Sequence record: SRR20825010_58
DNA: 32,889 nucleotides
Strand: one strand, 5' to 3'
Position numbers and translations under genes: made by a program. Shown here one piece after another: positions 28,285-32,889 of the stretch. A model generated the notes under the pieces. That model searched no databases and had not been told where the DNA came from. It saw only the letters and a list, made by a program, of their open reading frames with translations. The number at the start of each line of letters is the position of its first letter. The first letter of the stretch is position 1.

Positions 28285-29720
28285 TACTCTTCTTTTCCTT
28301 TTATTCTGCTCGATAAGTTCTTTAACGCCATTTTCAACTTCAATGGTTTCAGTGGTTTGTAAACCTGCGTAAACCCATTTTGGATACAACGTTGCTTGAG
28401 TTCTGCACTACGATCAGCTGTTACCAGTATTACCGGTAATGGGATTTGGCGACCAGAATTGATAAACGTTGCAACAGTAATACCATCATCTGTCCCTGGA
28501 TCCAGATGATAATCCATTAGTAATACATCAGCGTCGTCAGCGCCGGTATCCACCTTACTACGTAAAGAGGCTAACGAATCAGCGACCACCACATCACACC
28601 CCCACCCCTCCATCAAGGTTTGCATCCCAATGCAGATTGCCTCATCGTTATCAACCACCCAAATACGCAGTCCTTGCAGAGATTGATCTACAAAAGGGTC
28701 TTCTGACAAAGCTCTGCGGATATAAGCCTCAGGCTCAGCAATAGGGATTAATAAACCAAAGCTTGACCCTTTCCCCTCTTGAGAGTGAAAACGCAAGGGA
28801 TGGGAGAGTATATCGCTAATTTTTTCCACAATAGCCAAGCCCAGACCCAAGCCTCGCTCGTGGTGTCTTACGGCTTGCTTTCCACGTTTGAACTCTTTAA
28901 ATATTTCATCATGTTGATCATCACGAATACCTATTCCGGTATCAGTGACCACAACCTCAACCCCTTCATCGCGTTTCCGGCAACCCAGTAAGATCGAGCC
29001 ACTTTCTGTATAACGAACCGCATTAGATAACAGGTTACGAAGGATTCTGCTTAATAATTGTGAATCAGATCTAACCAAGGATGCGCAAGGAACATAACGA
29101 AATCGCAGACCTTTCTGTTGCGCGATTTGCCTAAACTCTTCAGCTAGAACATCCAGTAAACGACTTAATGGAAAAACTTCGAGCTCAGCCGTTACTACTC
29201 CGGCATCCAGCTTTGAAGCATCTGAAAGTGTAGTAATGAGTGATTCAAGATCAGTCAGCGCTGTGCTGATATGAGCGAGCTGAAACGTCATATTCTCTGG
29301 CTTTTCCTGCAACGCACTGGTGAAGAGCCGAGCAGCATTCAGTGGCTGCATCAAATCATGGCTCACCGCTGCAACAAAGCGTGTTTTAGAAAGGTTCGCC
29401 TGCTCCGCTTTTTCCCGTGCTTCGCGTAGCTGCATTTCTATGTGGCGACGCTCTTCTATTTCTTCCAGTAGTTTCTGGTTTACATCACGTAAGTCCTGAG
29501 TCCGCTCACGCACCTGCTCGGCCAGAACAACTGAATGCTGAAATGCTGCATAAGGGGCGGTGGGGGCCATATTGCTTGCCTCCACCCTTTCTATCAAGGC
29601 ATCACAAATCCTGCTCAGCCTGGCATTTTCAGCCATTAGCCGTGCTTCATGGAGGTCCCAGGGAGAGCGCTCGCTCTCAGTCGGACCCGATTCAGAGACG
29701 GTTTCTTTGTCCAATGACAA
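28284..29720 (-). CDS. Soluble hybrid sensor histidine kinase-receiver (NahK/PedS1-like, short)
   Basis: VSHDLMQPL H-box, NLLSNAVRYT N-box, DTGIGI, GLGLGLAIV, receiver VVDN...LMDYHL...KP; no TM segment; TTG start at 29720 or 29714, overlapping the FIST gene end. Confidence 0.88.
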   Translation of the reverse strand: MSLDKETVSESGPTESERSPWDLHEARLMAENARLSRICDALIERVEASNMAPTAPYAAFQHSVVLAEQVRERTQDLRDVNQKLLEEIEERRHIEMQLREAREKAEQANLSKTRFVAAVSHDLMQPLNAARLFTSALQEKPENMTFQLAHISTALTDLESLITTLSDASKLDAGVVTAELEVFPLSRLLDVLAEEFRQIAQQKGLRFRYVPCASLVRSDSQLLSRILRNLLSNAVRYTESGSILLGCRKRDEGVEVVVTDTGIGIRDDQHDEIFKEFKRGKQAVRHHERGLGLGLAIVEKISDILSHPLRFHSQEGKGSSFGLLIPIAEPEAYIRRALSEDPFVDQSLQGLRIWVVDNDEAICIGMQTLMEGWGCDVVVADSLASLRSKVDTGADDADVLLMDYHLDPGTDDGITVATFINSGRQIPLPVILVTADRSAELKQRCIQNGFTQVYKPLKPLKLKMALKNLSSRIKGKEE

Positions 29721-30849
29721 CCCCGGTCAATGTGTGATTAAGGTGCATACCGTCAACATGCTCCCCATAGGTACTGAAGCCGATCACCCCGTATCGACGA
29801 AGCAATGCCGATGCCTGGTCCACCATACCTTCCGACTCAATTTGCGCATAACGCATGCAGCAATCACACCCAATCGTTAACCATGATGGTCCCATACGAC
29901 GCTCTATGGCACTGAGTTTGGTTTCAAGATCATCAAGCAAGGAGTCGGTTTTCATTGCTGTCAAAACGATGCCATTTTCAACTGCACAATAAAACGTCAG
30001 GCTAAGATCATCGTTAACTCGCTGGATAGAACGTGCATAGTAGCCATCATTAATACGTACCGCTAAAGGCGAACAGGCGAATGTCATATCGTCCAGCTCT
30101 TCAACCGAAACACCGATCAGCCGTGCATAGGCTTTTGCCGCTGGTTCAGCATTGAGTTCATAGACGGTACGCTTTTCCGGATCCGCAGAAGTAACTACAA
30201 ACTTGGTTTTTTCAGGAATTAAATGATGGGTGCTGAACACTTCGAAATCTAATGAGGTAGAAATCATTATCACCGTGGCGGCTTCGCTGGTGAAACCGCC
30301 ATCGCTATAAACATAAGTGCCGCTTAATCGATATTCATCCCCCGCCGAGCCACCAAAGCAGGCAATACTGCCTAACGCCGAATTAAGCGTAGCCAAGACC
30401 ATTTCTTCATTCACTGATAGCCCATCCATCAGCGTTAGCACAAAAGTATTGTGCTCTGCGGGTGACTCCGTCATACCTTCGCTGCACTCGGTTAGCAAGC
30501 CATCGACAAGCTGCTGGGCATCGAGAAGGCCGAAACTGTCCACATTTTCCACAAGCTTTTGACTGACTGTGAATAACCGGCGATCAAACCCAATGGCTAC
30601 AATTGATCCCTGATCATACCCTTTGGAAGTAATTTCACCGCAAGAGGTACAGCCAGACATGGGAATACCCATGAAATTGTCACGCATGGCTGCGCCGAGG
30701 CGATCAAGATCATATTCCACAGAGCAAAAGAACAGCACAAAACCCAAATTAGGGTTTTTCAATTTCGCAGCCAACTCGGCAGCGGCGACCTCTTCATCCG
30801 CGGCATTACTAAACGTGCTTAGCACAGCATTTGGTGGGGCGGCAGTCAT
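29692..30849 (-). CDS. nosP: FIST-domain sensor protein (NosP-like)
   Basis: LFFCSVEYD, GCTSCGEI, DGLS, FGGSAGD, ELNAEPA, FYCAVENG, GCDCCMR and GFSTYGE motifs; GGGAG RBS. Confidence 0.85.
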   Translation of the reverse strand: MTAAPPNAVLSTFSNAADEEVAAAELAAKLKNPNLGFVLFFCSVEYDLDRLGAAMRDNFMGIPMSGCTSCGEITSKGYDQGSIVAIGFDRRLFTVSQKLVENVDSFGLLDAQQLVDGLLTECSEGMTESPAEHNTFVLTLMDGLSVNEEMVLATLNSALGSIACFGGSAGDEYRLSGTYVYSDGGFTSEAATVIMISTSLDFEVFSTHHLIPEKTKFVVTSADPEKRTVYELNAEPAAKAYARLIGVSVEELDDMTFACSPLAVRINDGYYARSIQRVNDDLSLTFYCAVENGIVLTAMKTDSLLDDLETKLSAIERRMGPSWLTIGCDCCMRYAQIESEGMVDQASALLRRYGVIGFSTYGEHVDGMHLNHTLTGVVIGQRNRL

Positions 30850-30994
30850 CAGACTCTCCCGGATTTTTATTTTTGCGCTCTTGTTAGGCGCCTTTGCCGG
30901 CTAATTCTGCGGAATATTGTTGTCCTAGTGAAGAAAACAGTCGTTGCGCTTTTGTTACTCAATATGTGAGCAAAAAACGGGGGACTGCGAGTGT

Positions 30995-31678
30995 CTATTG
31001 TTCAGCAATACGACTTGGATGTTTCAAATACGCTGCAAAATCGATATCACTTGCCGACAAAATTGCCTGCACTCGATTAGTTGCTCCCAGCTTTCTCAAA
31101 ATGGCTGATACATGAGCTTTCACCGTACTTTCAGCAATGCTCAACTCGTAGGCAATCATTTTGTTGGATTCACCCCGGGTCATTCTTTCAAACACCTGAA
31201 GTTGTTTACGAGTCAGACTTTCCAATAGCTCGGGTAACAACCCTGGCTCCTGATGACGCGCCTGCACAGAACCACCGCCTGATCGAATAATATCTGAGGG
31301 AAGATATATCGACCCGGAAAGAATTTGCTCAAGTGCACTAATCATCTGTTTACGGGGTGTCGATTTGGTAATAAACCCTACAGCTCCGTAAGTCACTGTT
31401 TGCAATATAACTTTTTTATCTTCTTCGGCAGAAACGATCACCGCAGGCACACCGGGAAACTGGTTTCGCAGTTGCACCAGCCCACCCAAGCCCTGCATAC
31501 CTGGCATATTCAGGTCCAACAGGACCAAATCGATATCATCGTTCTGATCGATGATCTCTATAGCACCATCAAGCCCCGAGGCTTCCAGCAAAGTGCTTCC
31601 AGGAAAGCCATCATCAATTACACGAGCAATAGCCTCGCGGAAAAGCGGATGATCATCTGCGATCAGGATCTGGTACAT
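30995..31678 (-). CDS. erbR: NarL/FixJ-family response regulator (ErbR/AgmR/PedR1-like)
   Basis: [36 protein letters not shown] and Lux[36 protein letters not shown] 31678 with CAGGAG RBS. Confidence 0.85.
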   Translation of the reverse strand: MYQILIADDHPLFREAIARVIDDGFPGSTLLEASGLDGAIEIIDQNDDIDLVLLDLNMPGMQGLGGLVQLRNQFPGVPAVIVSAEEDKKVILQTVTYGAVGFITKSTPRKQMISALEQILSGSIYLPSDIIRSGGGSVQARHQEPGLLPELLESLTRKQLQVFERMTRGESNKMIAYELSIAESTVKAHVSAILRKLGATNRVQAILSASDIDFAAYLKHPSRIAEQ

Positions 31679-31793
31679 GGACGGCACTCTCCTGTCACCA
31701 TGAAGCGCTGGGTTATTGTGTTTATCGTCAGAGGCTCCACGCTTAACCAGCTCAAACAATGGCTGAGCCAGTCTAAACAGCCTGTATCTCCCA

Positions 31794-31840
31794 TTACTCT
31801 ATGGTCTTAAGACTGAAGGCGCTATTGTCCTAAAGTAGTA
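31794..31840. promoter_or_regulatory. 16-bp boxes upstream of the response regulator (possible autoregulation)
   Basis: TTACTCTATGGTCTTA (31794-31809) and TTGTCCTAAAGTAGTA (31825-31840; reverse complement TACTACTTTAGGACAA). Confidence 0.5.
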
Positions 31841-31860
31841 TTTTATTGGATTGAAAATGT

Positions 31861-31882
31861 CGCCCTGTAGGTCAACAGGGCG
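31861..31882 (-). terminator. Hairpin after SDR gene
   Basis: CGCCCTGT-AGGTCA-ACAGGGCG followed on the minus strand by ACATTTT. Confidence 0.55.
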
Positions 31883-31899
31883 CAGAAGGCAAAAAACGA

Positions 31900-32670
31900 T
31901 CAAAAAGCAGACACACCACCGTCCACGGCAATGGTCTGCCCATTCATATAGCTGTTCGCTGGCGACAGCAGCATGAGCATGGCGGTAACGATCTCAGAGG
32001 GCTGCCCCAGGCGCTTCATCGGGCAACCGGATGCCAGCATGGCATGCATCTGCTCTCTGTCCTGCGACAACTCCCCCTCATCCAGCATCGGAGTATGGGT
32101 ATAGAACGGGCAAACCGCATTCACGCGGATATTGCGCTTGGCATATTCAATCGCCGCAGTACGAGTGAGGCCGATCACCGCGTGCTTGGCCGCCGAATAG
32201 GCCCCAATCTTGGGTGCACCGCCCAGCCCGGCCATGGAGCTCACATTGACGATACTGCCACCACTTGCCTTCATGGCATTGATTTGATGCTTCATGCCGA
32301 ACATGACGCCCTTAACGTTCACGTTCATCTGCTGATCCAGCACTTCTTCGGTCAATTCCGCGAACGGAATAAAACCGTGGGCAATACCTGCATTGTTCAC
32401 CGCCAGGTCCAGATGGCCAAACTGGGATAACGCCGTATCCACCATGGCCTTGCAGTCGGCTTCACTGGAAACATCACAGCGCAAGGCAGCGACTTTCACC
32501 CCCTGCCCCGCCAGCGTATCGGCCAGCGGATTCAGCGCATCCATATTAATATCGCCCAGCACCAACGCAGCGCCGCGCTTGCCCAGCTCTTCTGCCAGCA
32601 GCTTGCCAAACCCACTGGCCGCCCCCGTAATCAGTGCAGTCTTGCCGGTAAAATCGAGAATCGGATCCAT
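31900..32670 (-). CDS. Classical short-chain dehydrogenase/reductase
   Basis: TGAASGFG, NNAG, NVSS and YSAAK motifs; ATG 32670 with AAGGAG RBS. Confidence 0.93.
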   Translation of the reverse strand: MDPILDFTGKTALITGAASGFGKLLAEELGKRGAALVLGDINMDALNPLADTLAGQGVKVAALRCDVSSEADCKAMVDTALSQFGHLDLAVNNAGIAHGFIPFAELTEEVLDQQMNVNVKGVMFGMKHQINAMKASGGSIVNVSSMAGLGGAPKIGAYSAAKHAVIGLTRTAAIEYAKRNIRVNAVCPFYTHTPMLDEGELSQDREQMHAMLASGCPMKRLGQPSEIVTAMLMLLSPANSYMNGQTIAVDGGVSAF

Positions 32671-32748
32671 TGTGTTCTCCTTCGTCGAACCGCGGCGAGG
32701 CAAACTCACTCTCCGCTTTCAATATCCATCACTTGCTACAAAGCCTCT

Positions 32749-32889
32749 GTAGGAGCGCCGTTAAGGGCGCGAACGAAGGTGGCAAAGCGCTAAGCAGCTG
32801 TACGCTAAAAATCCATCCCGCCCTGCCATACCGAGAATGCCCTTCGGGCTTCGCGCTGCGCGCGGTTCGTCCCCTGGAAGGGAACTCCT
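32749..32889. repeat. Inverted pair of GTAG-family REP elements (second truncated at window edge)
   Basis: GTAGGAGCGCCGTTAAGGGCGCGAAC (32749-32774) and minus-strand AGGAGTTCCCTTCCAGGGGACGAAC (32865-32889). Confidence 0.62.

Noticed and set aside
15705-31856. Possible att/direct repeats at module edges (TTATGGATT versus TTATTGGATT)
   Set aside because: Too short and imperfect; no integrase or tRNA nearby.

Overview
Bacterial (gammaproteobacterial, Alcanivorax/Pseudomonas-like by gene content and REP type; inference) chromosomal window with two parts. (1) Bases 1-15.7k are GC-rich. They hold a Liv-type ABC transporter and acyl-CoA ligase operon, an AcrR/TetR-controlled AcrAB/MexAB-OprM RND efflux cassette with a near-canonical AcrR operator, an IclR-PaaI thioesterase pair divergent from an aldehyde dehydrogenase, and a COG3687 ferritin-like 'hydrolase'. 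(2) Bases ~15.75-31.85k are visibly AT-richer and carry a compact PQQ-dependent alcohol-oxidation (exa/ped-type) module: PqqU/YncD-like TonB receptor, signal-peptide-bearing 1-Cys peroxiredoxin, porin, a divergent SelO/YdiU-family protein with altered active-site motifs, ExaC aldehyde dehydrogenase, SoxH-like hydrolase, SoxYZ-like carrier, cytochrome c550, Ca-type ExaA/PedE, pentapeptide protein, and NosP(FIST) / PAS-less hybrid kinase / ErbR-like regulator. No pqq biosynthesis genes or lanthanide PedH are in the window. A recurring 16-bp imperfect palindrome sits in five promoter regions of the module, several copies at a near-fixed 22-23 bp from a -10-like hexamer. An SDR gene and REP elements close the window. 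All assignments come from motif recognition by eye; no searches were run.
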